NCBI GenBank assembly: GCA_025359425.1
Contig: JANYGC010000120.1
Coordinates: 7,931 to 71,930, forward strand
Direction: 5' to 3'
Length of the DNA stretch: 64,000 nucleotides
From: Sphingomonadaceae bacterium
Lineage (GTDB): Bacteria; Pseudomonadota; Alphaproteobacteria; Sphingomonadales; Sphingomonadaceae
In this document: positions 26,700 to 36,179 of the stretch, piece by piece
How positions within the stretch are numbered: the first letter of the stretch is position 1
Layout: every line of letters begins with the position of its first letter
The notes under the pieces: model-generated
The model's input: the letters and a program-made list of their open reading frames with translations, nothing else
Database searches by the model: none
Told to the model about the DNA's origin: nothing
Position numbers and translations under genes: made by a program

Positions 26700-29439
26700 A
26701 GAAGTGCGGAGCGACGACGCGCACCGCCGCGCTTTGGCTGCGGGTGGGCGACGTTGCAACAAGCTCCTCGCCGTGCCGGGCGAAGCCGTCCACCAGCTGG
26801 CCCAGTGCGATCGAGCCGCTTTCGAGCACGCGCCGCGCGGCTGCGGTAACGTGGCCGCCGGCTGGCTGGCCGAGGGCGGTGACGAGCATCGCGCCTTCGG
26901 GGATCGTTCCGGCGATGGCTTCCAGCCCGACCAGTTGCTTGCGCCCGGGTGCGGTCAGCCCCGGGCGGGCGAGCCCGGCGGCGCCGATATAGCCGCCAGC
27001 CTTGTTCAGCATCTTGTCGAGTGCAAGGTCATGCGGGGTCAGCCGGCCGTCGACTTCGCCGCCGACCACCAAATGCCCTTTTTCGATGCGGAGGAATTCC
27101 ATCGCCTCCATCCCGTAAAGGCTGCCACCCTGCGCGGTGACTGCGGCCTCGCAGGCGTTCCAGACCGGTTCGGCAAGGCTGGCTTCGGCATAGATTTCGA
27201 ACGCCCGCTCGCCGCTGTAGCTCGCCGCGAGGACCATGACCGGGCTCCCCGCAATCGAAGCGCCAACTGCCGACATGTGGCGCGGCACCTCTTCGCCGAT
27301 CAGCCCGGCCAGCACTGCTTTGGCGGTTGGCCCGGCCACTGCAATCCCCGCGTAATGCTCCTGCACATTGACCACCGAAACCTTGAGCTGGGGGCACAGG
27401 AACTGGCGGACGTAGGAGAGGTGAACTGCCATCCGGTCGGCCCCGCCGGTCGAACTGGTCAGGAGGTAACGATTTTCGGCCAGCCGCCACACCGTGCCGT
27501 CATCGAAGACCAGCCCGTCTTCGCGCAGCATGAAAGTGTAACGCCCGCGCCCGACTGCCAGTTTGCCCACCGTGGTCGCGCAGACCAGTTCGAGCAGCTG
27601 CACCGCGTCCGGCCCGCTGACTTCGAACTTGGCGAGGGTCGAGACGTCGGTCATGCCCACTGCGGTGCGCACGCTGCGCGCCTCTCGCAAGGCAGCTTCG
27701 GCCAAGTTTTCACCACCCTGCGGATAGGCGCGCGGGCGCTTCCAATACCCCAGCGGCTGCCAGATCGGCGTCTTTGCCTGATGCACATCGAAGAGCGCCA
27801 GACGGCGCAAATGTGCGCCTGCATCGCGCTCGGTCCGGCCCGCGAGCAGCCCCATGGTGACCGGCGTGTAGGGCGGGCGGAAGGTGGTCAGGCCGGCCTC
27901 GGGAATGGCCACGCCCTGCTTTTCAGCGAGCCGGCCAAGCGCCGCCATGTTGCTCGTCTTGCCCTGATCGGTCGCCATCCCCAACGTGGTGTAGCGCTTC
28001 AGGTGTTCGACCGAACGATACCCTTCGGCCCAGGCGAGATCGACATCGCCCAGCGAGACGTCGTTCTGGAAATCGATGAACGCCTTGCCCGGATTTTCCG
28101 GCGGCGGGGTTGGACCGACTGGAGCCACGCTGGCCGCGGACCCGACCGATACAACGTTTTGCCGCGCGCCGCCGGGCAGGAACGACTGGCTGGCGTCATC
28201 CCATTCGAGCGCTGCGCCGCCAGCCTGCATGTGGAGGTGGACCACCGGGGTGAACCCGCCCGACATCGCCAGCAAGTCGGCCCGCCAGTGCATCACCTTG
28301 CCGCCGACCCGGGCGCTGACTTCGCGCAGATGATGCCGCGCGCCTTTGGTCGCCAGCGGCATGGCGTCATTGTGAACCGGAAATCCGCTGGTCGCTCCGG
28401 CCGGCACCGGGCGCGTATCGAGCACCGCGACAATTTCGGCACCGGCATCGCGCAGAGCCGTAGCGGTGAGGTAGGCATCGTCGTTGTTGGCTGCGATCAC
28501 CACGCGGCGGCCCGGGACCACACCGAAGCGCCGCACATAAGTGCGCACCGCCTGGCTGAGCATCACTCCCGGGCGATCATTGTGCGCGAACGCAAGCGGG
28601 CGTTCCAGCGCGCCCGTGGCCAGGATTACCCGGCCGGCACGGACATGCCACAGCCGCTGGGCGATCCCGCCCGCTGGCGGCTCGCCCGGTTCCGCCAGGC
28701 GCTGGCTCACCGTGATGAGGTTATCGTCCCAATAGCCTGCTGCCGTAGTCCGCAGCAGGATCCGACCGCCAAGCTCACCGATCCGCGCCGCCGTGGCTTC
28801 AGCCCAGGCCGGATCGAGGTCCTGCGGATCGCGGACCAGCGACGGCGCAAGAATGCGGTCTTGCTCGACCAGCATGACACGTTCGCCGGCTTCGGCCGCA
28901 GCCAAAGCTGCGCTCAGTCCGGCCGGTCCGGCCCCAACCACCAACACGTCGCAAAACGCCGCGCGCTGGGTAAAGCGATCGGGGTCCGCTGCAGTTGGAG
29001 CATCGCCCAGCCCGGCGGCGCGGCGGATGAACCATTCGTAGAACATCCAGCGTTTGGCCGAGCCGAAAAAGGTCTTGTAGTAGAACCCGGCGGGCAAGGC
29101 TTTCGCGGCGAGCCCAAGCACCGACCCCGCATCGAATGCCAGGCTGGGCCAGCGGTTCTGGCTGCGCGCCACCATCCCGTCATAGACGAACAAATCGGTC
29201 GCGCGGGTGTTGGGCTCTTCGCGGCCCCCGGCTCCGACTGTCACCAGCGCGTTGGGTTCTTCCACCCCGGCGGCCATAATCCCGCGCGGGCGGTGGTACT
29301 TGAAGCTGCGCGCCACCAGCCCGATGCCATTGGCGAGCAAGGCAGCCGCCAGCGTATCGCCCGGGCGGGCCAGCAGCGCCCGGCCATCGAACGTAAAGCG
29401 GATCGCGCCGGCCGCACCGCCACGCCGGGGTCCGTTCAT
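26668..29439 (-). CDS. soxA: Sarcosine oxidase alpha subunit-like (set 2)
   Basis: 923 aa. Motifs FDGRALLARPGDTLAAALLANGIGLVARSFKYHRPRG, VLVVGAGPAGLSAALAAA and a GcvT-like C-terminal half (YSGERAFEIY). Confidence 0.9.
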   Translation of the reverse strand: MNGPRRGGAAGAIRFTFDGRALLARPGDTLAAALLANGIGLVARSFKYHRPRGIMAAGVEEPNALVTVGAGGREEPNTRATDLFVYDGMVARSQNRWPSLAFDAGSVLGLAAKALPAGFYYKTFFGSAKRWMFYEWFIRRAAGLGDAPTAADPDRFTQRAAFCDVLVVGAGPAGLSAALAAAEAGERVMLVEQDRILAPSLVRDPQDLDPAWAEATAARIGELGGRILLRTTAAGYWDDNLITVSQRLAEPGEPPAGGIAQRLWHVRAGRVILATGALERPLAFAHNDRPGVMLSQAVRTYVRRFGVVPGRRVVIAANNDDAYLTATALRDAGAEIVAVLDTRPVPAGATSGFPVHNDAMPLATKGARHHLREVSARVGGKVMHWRADLLAMSGGFTPVVHLHMQAGGAALEWDDASQSFLPGGARQNVVSVGSAASVAPVGPTPPPENPGKAFIDFQNDVSLGDVDLAWAEGYRSVEHLKRYTTLGMATDQGKTSNMAALGRLAEKQGVAIPEAGLTTFRPPYTPVTMGLLAGRTERDAGAHLRRLALFDVHQAKTPIWQPLGYWKRPRAYPQGGENLAEAALREARSVRTAVGMTDVSTLAKFEVSGPDAVQLLELVCATTVGKLAVGRGRYTFMLREDGLVFDDGTVWRLAENRYLLTSSTGGADRMAVHLSYVRQFLCPQLKVSVVNVQEHYAGIAVAGPTAKAVLAGLIGEEVPRHMSAVGASIAGSPVMVLAASYSGERAFEIYAEASLAEPVWNACEAAVTAQGGSLYGMEAMEFLRIEKGHLVVGGEVDGRLTPHDLALDKMLNKAGGYIGAAGLARPGLTAPGRKQLVGLEAIAGTIPEGAMLVTALGQPAGGHVTAAARRVLESGSIALGQLVDGFARHGEELVATSPTRSQSAAVRVVAPHFYDTAGERYRD

Positions 29440-29699
29440 GGCAAAGCCTCCGGGCCGGCGGCGCGGATCGCAGTGATGGCATGGGTCATGCGGTGCCGGG
29501 TCAGCACCAGCCAGGCGCGGCAGCCAAAGGTGTGGCGCCAGATTTCATCGTCGAGCCCGCGCGGGTTGGCACGGGTAAACAGGCGCGCCATTGCTTCGGC
29601 GGGGGCGGCCCCGGGCTGGACGACGGAATCGACCGTGCGTTCGTAACTGAACTCGGTCTGGGCACGCGGGCCGCAGTGGGGGCAGGTAATCAGTAACAC
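29436..29699 (-). CDS. soxD: Sarcosine oxidase delta subunit-like (set 2)
   Basis: GTG at 29699, 13 nt after the soxB2 stop, with AAGGGG upstream. VLLITCPHCGPR...WRHTFGCRAW gives the same Cys3His pattern as set 1. 87 aa. Confidence 0.75.
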   Translation of the reverse strand: MLLITCPHCGPRAQTEFSYERTVDSVVQPGAAPAEAMARLFTRANPRGLDDEIWRHTFGCRAWLVLTRHRMTHAITAIRAAGPEALP

Positions 29700-29712
29700 G
29701 TCAGCGCCCCTT

Positions 29713-30969
29713 TCAGCGGTGGTTCGGCAGCGGGCCGACGCCGTTTTCGTCGATCGTGTCACCGCGGGCAAAGCGGCCGAGATCGAACGGAGCGTTCAGC
29801 TTGTGCGGCGTGCCGGTGGCCAGCGTGTGGGCATAGGTCCAACCCGAGGCCGGGGTTGCCTTGAACCCGCCGTAACACCAGCCCCCGTTGAGGAAGAGAC
29901 CCGGCACCGGGGTCGGGCCGATGATCGGCGAGCCGTCGAAGCTCATATCGGTGACCCCGCCCCAGGTGCGCAGCATCCGCAGCCGCGAGAGCGCCGGAAC
30001 CAGCGCGATCGCCTGCGCAATCGCCCCTTGGGTTACCATCGGCTGGCCGCGCTGGGCATAGCTAGGCCAGTTGTCCGGATCGCCGCCCATCACGATCCCG
30101 CCTTTGTCCGACTGGCTGATATAACAATGGAGCGACTGCGACATGATCACGCCGTTGATCATCGGCTTGACGCCTTCGGTGACCAGCGCTTGCAAGGTCT
30201 GGCTTTCCACCGGTAGTTTCAGCCCGGCCATCGCGGCGACATGACCGCTGTGTCCCGCCACGCAAATTGCCACCCGGCCAGCGCCAATCCGGCCGCGCGT
30301 AGTCTCCACGCCGACCACGGCATCGCCCTGCCGGACAAATCCGGTGACTTCACATTTCTGGATGATATCGACGCCCAGCCGGTCCGCGCCGCGGGCATAG
30401 CCCCAAGCCACCGCATCGTGCCGGGCGGTGCCGCCGCGCCGCTGGATCAGCCCGCCTTCGATCGGAAAGCGCGCATCGCGCGACATATCGAGCTGCGGTT
30501 CAAGTTTTGCCACCTGGTCGCGGCTGAGCAGTTCGGCATCGATACTGTCCACCCGCATCGCATCGCCGCGTTCGGCCAGCCGGGTCATATCGCTATCGCT
30601 GTGCCCCAGCATCAAGGCTCCGCGCGGGCTGAACATCACGTTGTAGTTAAGTTCGTCCGAGAGATGCTCCCACATCTTCAGCCCGAATTCGAAGAAATCG
30701 TGCAGCGGCTTCTGGCGGTAGTTGGAACGCACCAGCGTGGTGTTGCGGCCGGTGTTGCCGCCGCCGATCCAGCTCTTTTCCAGCACCGCCACGTTGCGGA
30801 TTCCGTGGACGCTCGCCAGGTAATAAGCGGTGGCCAGGCCATGTCCGCCGCCGCCGATAATGATCACATCGTAGTTGGCCTGGGGCTCAGGATCGCGCCA
30901 CGCCGGTTGCCAGTGGCTCTGGTCGTTGAAGACCCCGCGCAGCAACCCGAGCGCCGAATAGCTGGTCAT
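29713..30969 (-). CDS. soxB: Sarcosine oxidase beta subunit-like (set 2)
   Basis: ATG at 30969 overlaps the upstream stop (ATGA). Motifs YDVIIIGGGGHGLATAYYLASVHGIRNVAVLEKSWIGGGNTGRNTTLVRSNY and RRGGTARHD. 418 aa. Confidence 0.9.
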   Translation of the reverse strand: MTSYSALGLLRGVFNDQSHWQPAWRDPEPQANYDVIIIGGGGHGLATAYYLASVHGIRNVAVLEKSWIGGGNTGRNTTLVRSNYRQKPLHDFFEFGLKMWEHLSDELNYNVMFSPRGALMLGHSDSDMTRLAERGDAMRVDSIDAELLSRDQVAKLEPQLDMSRDARFPIEGGLIQRRGGTARHDAVAWGYARGADRLGVDIIQKCEVTGFVRQGDAVVGVETTRGRIGAGRVAICVAGHSGHVAAMAGLKLPVESQTLQALVTEGVKPMINGVIMSQSLHCYISQSDKGGIVMGGDPDNWPSYAQRGQPMVTQGAIAQAIALVPALSRLRMLRTWGGVTDMSFDGSPIIGPTPVPGLFLNGGWCYGGFKATPASGWTYAHTLATGTPHKLNAPFDLGRFARGDTIDENGVGPLPNHR

Positions 30970-32102
30970 GCAATCGGCATCCACCCGCGCTGCTCGCGCC
31001 AATCAGCCTCAAGCCCGGCAAAGCGCGACAGGCCCAGAATGCTGATATCGGCGAACGAGCACGCTTCGTCGATCACCAGATCGCGGATGGCATGGCCCGA
31101 AGCCGGTGACAGACCAAATCCGACCCCGGACATCGACGCGACCACGACATTGTCGGGGCTGGTCAGGCGATCGATAATCGGGCGGCCATCGGGCGAATTT
31201 TCGATCACCCCGGCCCAGCTGCGGATCACATTGAGGTGCGCGGCCTTGGGCAACAGCTCGGCCAACCGCCGCGCAAGATTGCGGGCGAGCGGGGTCGAGG
31301 GGCGTGCAGCCGGACCCGTCTCGTCGACGTCGATCCATTCGTGCGGCCCGCCGCCATAGGCAAGGTTGCCGCGCAATGTCTGGCGGCCGTAAAGTTTGTG
31401 ACCATCAACCCCGCCCAGCGGCATCATCGGCGCGGGTTCGGTGACAATCATCTCTGCCCGCGCCGAGGCGAGCGGGATGGTCACACCCAGCTGGGCCATC
31501 AAGTGCGGGATCTGCGGCCCGGCCGCCACCACGACTGCGTCGCAGCCATAGGTCGCGCTGGCGGTCTTGACCGCGGTCACTTTGCCGCCGGCCGTTTCAA
31601 AACCCGTCACCGGGTTATGCTGGATGATCGTCCCGCCAAGATCCTGCAAGGCCCAGGCATAGGCCTGGACGCTGCGCTGCGGATTGGCGTGGCCGCCGAA
31701 TTTGTAGTGAACTCCGCCAAAGCAATTGTCGCCCGCCAGCGGCACGGCGTCCTGCACTTGCTTCACGTCGAGCACCTCGACCGGATGGTCAAGCCGCCTG
31801 TGCCGTTCGGCGACGAAGCGATACTGCTCCCATTGCCGCTCGGTCATCGCAATCAGGATGCGTTCCTTCTGATGCTCGGTCGGATAGCCGAGCAGGTCGT
31901 CCATCTGCGGCCACAGGCGCTGCTCTTCATCGAACAAGGGACTGGAATAATGCGATGCACCGCCGCCGTTGCGGCCCGATGCTTCCCACCCGACGATGAA
32001 CTTGTCGAGCACCGTCACTTTGACGCCGGAGCGCGCCAGCCACCATCCAGCGCTCAGGCCGGTGACGCCGCCGCCGACGATGACAACTTCCGACCCGCTC
32101 AT
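30966..32102 (-). CDS. FAD-dependent (DAO-family) oxidoreductase; opine oxidase subunit B / HcnC / LhpB-like
   Basis: 378 aa. Motif VVIVGGGVTGLSAGWWLARSGVKVTVLDK. ATGA overlaps at both ends. Paired with the upstream OoxA-like subunit. Confidence 0.8.
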   Translation of the reverse strand: MSGSEVVIVGGGVTGLSAGWWLARSGVKVTVLDKFIVGWEASGRNGGGASHYSSPLFDEEQRLWPQMDDLLGYPTEHQKERILIAMTERQWEQYRFVAERHRRLDHPVEVLDVKQVQDAVPLAGDNCFGGVHYKFGGHANPQRSVQAYAWALQDLGGTIIQHNPVTGFETAGGKVTAVKTASATYGCDAVVVAAGPQIPHLMAQLGVTIPLASARAEMIVTEPAPMMPLGGVDGHKLYGRQTLRGNLAYGGGPHEWIDVDETGPAARPSTPLARNLARRLAELLPKAAHLNVIRSWAGVIENSPDGRPIIDRLTSPDNVVVASMSGVGFGLSPASGHAIRDLVIDEACSFADISILGLSRFAGLEADWREQRGWMPIA

Positions 32103-33562
32103 TCGTACATCCCCGTATAAAGCATGCCACGATGCTCGTCCTCATAGGGTGTACCAATGTCTTGGACCGGCACCCATTGCGTCGGGATTCCGAACCACAC
32201 GTCCCATGCCGCTTCCATTTCGGCGGGTTCGTTCCAATCGGCCAGGATCTTCATTGGCAGCGGGCGCACGGGAGCGCGGTGACTGGCCAGCGGGATCGTG
32301 CCGAACGGCTGCCCCGCTTCGATCGCCAGCAGCATCGCAACCTGATCACGGCACCGGCGTCCCTGGCAGACCCCCATCCCGGCGCGGGTCAGCCGCTTGA
32401 TCTGGTCTGGATTGGCCGGGCCGTCCTCTAGCAAGGTTTCCAGCGACCGGGCGCACATCGCAGGCGGGCGGGTGAGGTAATTGGGCGGCTGGACCCCGAT
32501 GAGGTCGGCGCGGGTCACGTCCTCGCACTGGCAGATGATCGTGTCGGGCGCACAAACCGAGGCCAGCGCGCGGACCCAGTCCATGCGGTACTCGACGTGG
32601 TCAAACCCGCTGTCGGCCAGACCGGCACAATCGCCGACGGCGGAGACATACTCTTCGCCGCGCGGCACATAACCGCCGCGCTTGCCATCGAGTTCGCGCG
32701 GGCCGTGCATGGCATCGACCAGTTCGATCGAGGGGACCAGTCCCACCGCTACGCAGATGGTGTCACAAGCGATGATCTCACCCGTGGTCAGCGTCGCAGC
32801 CTCAACTCCGTCGATCCCGCCCTTGGCCGAAACGATCACTGCGCTGCAGTGAATGGCAATCCCGGCCGCGCCCAGCCGGGCGACAAGGTCGGCCGAGCCT
32901 TGCGGTGCGGCGCGCACTTCGACAAGTCCGGCCACTTCGAGCCCATGTTCGACCGCGATCAAGGCGGTTTCCAGCGCCAGGTCATGCGATCCCAGGATCA
33001 GTATGCGGCGGCCGGCAAAGGCATCATAGCGGGTCAGCAGCATCTGCAGGGCGCCCGCGCCCATGACGCCGGGCTGGTTCCAGCCGGGGAAGGCCAGCGC
33101 CAGATCGCGGGCCCCGGTGGCGAGCACAATCCGGCCGAACCCGACCAGCCACGAACGCTCCGCGTCAGCCAGACCGACCACCCGTTCGGGCAGGCTCTGC
33201 ACGCCAGGACCATTGCGGTAGACCCCCCAGGCGCAAGTGCCGAGCAACAGCTCGACTCCGGCCTCCATGGCTTCCTCAAGCGCGGGCATCGACATGAACA
33301 CCGCTTCCAGCATCCGCTCGCTGTGCTGCGTCGCCGCGGTCATCCGGCCACCGAAATAGAGCGGCACGTCATTGCCCATCAGCGCGCCGGAAACCGGGTT
33401 TTCGTCGACCAGCAGCACCGACGCGCCGGCTTGTTTCGCTTCGAGGGCCGCAGCGATGCCGCTCGGCCCGGCCCCGACCACGACCACGTCATAGTTCGCC
33501 TCGGCAGCACTGCGGGTGCCGCCCACCGCGCAGAGGTCCGTTCCGGTGAAATTGAGTTCCAT
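32099..33562 (-). CDS. FAD/NAD(P)-binding oxidoreductase with BFD-like [2Fe-2S] domain; opine oxidase subunit A / HcnB-like
   Basis: ATG at 33562 shares 1 nt with the upstream stop; a TTG lies at 33565. Motifs YDVVVVGAGPSGIAAALEAKQAGASVLLVDE, Cys cluster ICQCEDVTRADL and GMGVCQGRRC. Confidence 0.8.
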   Translation of the reverse strand: MELNFTGTDLCAVGGTRSAAEANYDVVVVGAGPSGIAAALEAKQAGASVLLVDENPVSGALMGNDVPLYFGGRMTAATQHSERMLEAVFMSMPALEEAMEAGVELLLGTCAWGVYRNGPGVQSLPERVVGLADAERSWLVGFGRIVLATGARDLALAFPGWNQPGVMGAGALQMLLTRYDAFAGRRILILGSHDLALETALIAVEHGLEVAGLVEVRAAPQGSADLVARLGAAGIAIHCSAVIVSAKGGIDGVEAATLTTGEIIACDTICVAVGLVPSIELVDAMHGPRELDGKRGGYVPRGEEYVSAVGDCAGLADSGFDHVEYRMDWVRALASVCAPDTIICQCEDVTRADLIGVQPPNYLTRPPAMCARSLETLLEDGPANPDQIKRLTRAGMGVCQGRRCRDQVAMLLAIEAGQPFGTIPLASHRAPVRPLPMKILADWNEPAEMEAAWDVWFGIPTQWVPVQDIGTPYEDEHRGMLYTGMYE

Positions 33563-34839
33563 CAAACTGCTTCCAAGGCCTGCGCGAGATCTGCAATCAG
33601 ATCATCGACATGTTCAAGTCCGACTGACAACCGCATCGTGCCATCGGCAATTCCGCCCTCTAGCCGCTGCCCGGGCGAGAGGGCATAGTGCGTGGTGCTG
33701 GCCGAATGGCAGATGAGCGTTTCCGATCCGCCCAGGCTGACCGCCAGCTTGAGCAGGCGCAGCTGGTCGAGCAGGCGGAAGGCCTCGGCCTCGCCGCCGT
33801 GGAGGTGAAACGAGAAGGTCGATCCCGCGGCCTGGCATTGCCGGTCATAAACCGCGCGCTGGCGGCTGCCTTCGGGCAGGAAACCGAGGTAGGTGACCCC
33901 CGCCACCTTGGGGTGATCACGCAGGAATTCTGCGACCGAGCGGGCGTTGCTCATGGCGCGTTCGGTGCGGACGTGAACCGATTCAAGGCTGCGGGTCACC
34001 AGCCACGCGGTATAGGGGTCGAGGTGGTTGCCCCAGGTGGTGCGCATCGCCCTGAGCGGTTCGATCAGTTCGCGCCGACCGCTCACCCCGCCGGCCAGCA
34101 GGTCGCTGTGCCCGCCGCAGTACTTGGTCAATGAGGTCATGCACAGGTCAACACCTTGTTTGATCGGGCGCTGGGCAAACGGGCCGAGCAGCGTGTTGTC
34201 CACCACGACCAGCGGGCGATGCTCCTGCCGCTCGCCGATCTTATTGGCCAGCCGCACCATCAGATCCAGATCGATGATCGCCGCCGTGGGATTGGCCGGC
34301 GTTTCGGCGATGATCAGTTTGAGCGGGCCTTGGGCCAGCGCCTGATCGGCCGCCGCATGCACTGCCGCTTCGTCAGTTCCATCGAGATAAGCAGCGGCGT
34401 GGCAACCGTACTGCGGCATGACACTGTTGTAGAGCATATCGACGCCGCCATAGATCGGCCTGCCGTGCAGCACGCTGTCTCCCGGGCGCAAGAAGGCCAG
34501 CGCGATCGAGGAATGCGCGGCCATTCCGCTGCTGTAGGCGACCGCCGCCTCGGCCCCGTCGATCGCTGCCAGCCGGGCTTCGAGAATGTCCAGCCCCGGG
34601 TGGCCGAGCCGCGCATAAATGTGCTGCTCGGCCCCTGCCAGCGGGCCGGTGCCGTCAAAGAAGGCTTGGTGGACATCGCGGGCGTGCTGCGCCGAGGGAT
34701 AGACGAAGGTCGAGGTCATGTAGATCGGCGGCTTGACCGATCCCGATGCGCTGTGCGGATCATAGCCGAAAGCTACGGCCAGCGTTTCCGGTCTCAAACC
34801 GGTGGGCGGATCAATCGACATGGGCAGCAAGGTATGCAC
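33562..34839 (-). CDS. Cys/Met-metabolism PLP-dependent enzyme (methionine gamma-lyase / cystathionine gamma-synthase family)
   Basis: 425 aa. Motifs PPIYMTSTF and YARLGHPGLDILEARLAAIDGAEAA. PLP-Lys context MTSLTKYCGGHSDLLAG. Start at 34839, or alternatively 34821 (MSIDPP), overlapping the Rieske gene end. Confidence 0.85.
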   Translation of the reverse strand: MHTLLPMSIDPPTGLRPETLAVAFGYDPHSASGSVKPPIYMTSTFVYPSAQHARDVHQAFFDGTGPLAGAEQHIYARLGHPGLDILEARLAAIDGAEAAVAYSSGMAAHSSIALAFLRPGDSVLHGRPIYGGVDMLYNSVMPQYGCHAAAYLDGTDEAAVHAAADQALAQGPLKLIIAETPANPTAAIIDLDLMVRLANKIGERQEHRPLVVVDNTLLGPFAQRPIKQGVDLCMTSLTKYCGGHSDLLAGGVSGRRELIEPLRAMRTTWGNHLDPYTAWLVTRSLESVHVRTERAMSNARSVAEFLRDHPKVAGVTYLGFLPEGSRQRAVYDRQCQAAGSTFSFHLHGGEAEAFRLLDQLRLLKLAVSLGGSETLICHSASTTHYALSPGQRLEGGIADGTMRLSVGLEHVDDLIADLAQALEAV

Positions 34840-36022
34840 GCGCCTTGTCGCAATACCAGTCTGTAAAGCGCATCACGAGCATCTCGGCGTCTTCGGAGTA
34901 AGGCCCGGGGGTATAGCCCGGACTGATTACGCCCGCCTGGTTGTTCTCGGCCAGTTCCTTGTCCTGCAGGTTGGTGAGGGTCCACAGATCGGTCAGCTGG
35001 TCGAGCTGGTAATCGACCCCTTCGACCGCGTCCTTGTGGACCAGCCATTTGCTGAACACGTGCGTTTCGGTCGGGCCAACCGGCATGCAGCTGAACATGA
35101 AGGTATGATCGGCGGTGGCATGGGCAAACAGGTGCGGGTCGATCGCCCAGCGCATCGAGCCGAGGTCGCCCGCATCCGCTTCGCACATCAGCTTTTTGGA
35201 AAGGTGCTGTCCATCCCCCGAAATCGATCGGCACCCTTCGTTCAATGCGAAGCGCGCTACTTGCCACCAGTGTCCCTCGACCGAAGCATGGGCCAGACCG
35301 AGCCGGTCCATCCGGTCAGCAAAGGCGGCATTGCGAGCATTTTCGCCCAGATCGAAATGCTTGGACATCCCCACCGGGAAAGTTTTGGAAAGTTCAGGAT
35401 GCCCGGTGGCGCAGTGATAGCACTCGCGCGCGTTTTCCATCACCAGCTTCCAATTGGCATGTTCCACCAGCACCGCCGAAGCTGCCAGCTTGGCATTCTT
35501 GAAATCGTGCGGAGCGGCATAAGCGGCGAATTTCGCGGCAAAGTCTGCAATCGGTGGCGGGGTTTCGGCAAGACAGATGAACATGCCCCCGGCAATGCAT
35601 TCGATCGCCAGCGGTTTCAGCCCGTGTTCGGCTTTGCTGAAATCGTCGGGCATGCGCCCCGCCGCAAGCAAGCCGCCATCGAGGTCGTAAGTCCAGCGGT
35701 GATAGGGACAGACCAGCCGTGCGGCCGAGCCGGTGCCCGGCTTGCAAATTTGCGATCCCCGATGCCGGCAACTGTTGTGAAAAGCCTTGATCTCGCCGTC
35801 ACGATTGCGGGTGATCAGCACCGGCCATTGGCCCACGGTCAACGCCAGGTAGCTGCCGGGTTTGGGCAGTTCGCATTCGAACCCGGCCATCAGCCAGCTG
35901 TGGCCATAAATCGCGTCCATATCGAATTCATAGGCGCGCTGATCGAGATAGAGACCCTGCGGCAAGCTATGGTCCTCGCGGCGCACGGCGAATTGGCCGG
36001 CAGCCCATGCCAGATCGGACAT
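34811..36022 (-). CDS. Rieske/mononuclear-iron oxygenase alpha subunit, paralog 3
   Basis: ATG at 36022 with GGGGAG 7 nt upstream; a TTG lies at 36025. Motifs CRHRGSQIC...CPYHRWTY and NWKLVMENARECYHCATGHPEL. First gene of the eight-gene minus-strand operon. Confidence 0.85.
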   Translation of the reverse strand: MSDLAWAAGQFAVRREDHSLPQGLYLDQRAYEFDMDAIYGHSWLMAGFECELPKPGSYLALTVGQWPVLITRNRDGEIKAFHNSCRHRGSQICKPGTGSAARLVCPYHRWTYDLDGGLLAAGRMPDDFSKAEHGLKPLAIECIAGGMFICLAETPPPIADFAAKFAAYAAPHDFKNAKLAASAVLVEHANWKLVMENARECYHCATGHPELSKTFPVGMSKHFDLGENARNAAFADRMDRLGLAHASVEGHWWQVARFALNEGCRSISGDGQHLSKKLMCEADAGDLGSMRWAIDPHLFAHATADHTFMFSCMPVGPTETHVFSKWLVHKDAVEGVDYQLDQLTDLWTLTNLQDKELAENNQAGVISPGYTPGPYSEDAEMLVMRFTDWYCDKARAYLAAHVD

Positions 36023-36073
36023 CAAAATTCTCCCCAGAGCTTGTCAGGCAGGATCATGACCCAGGAACCAGCG

Positions 36074-36122
36074 ATAGAGAAATCGACTTTAGGCATGGCC
36101 CTATCTCGAATAGTCTGCCTAT
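36074..36122. promoter_or_regulatory. Candidate LysR-type operator array in a divergent promoter region: phased ATAG/CTAT half-sites
   Basis: Read directly: GATAG (36073-36077), CTAT (36101-36104), ATAG (36110-36113), CTAT (36119-36122). CTAT-N5-ATAG-N5-CTAT has 9-bp spacing. It lies between the Rieske-3 start (36022) and the LysR start (36180). Confidence 0.35.
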
Positions 36123-36179
36123 CAGGGCAGCGCCGTCACTCGGAACTGAAAAGGCCAGGCCATCGCGAACAAGTCTGCC

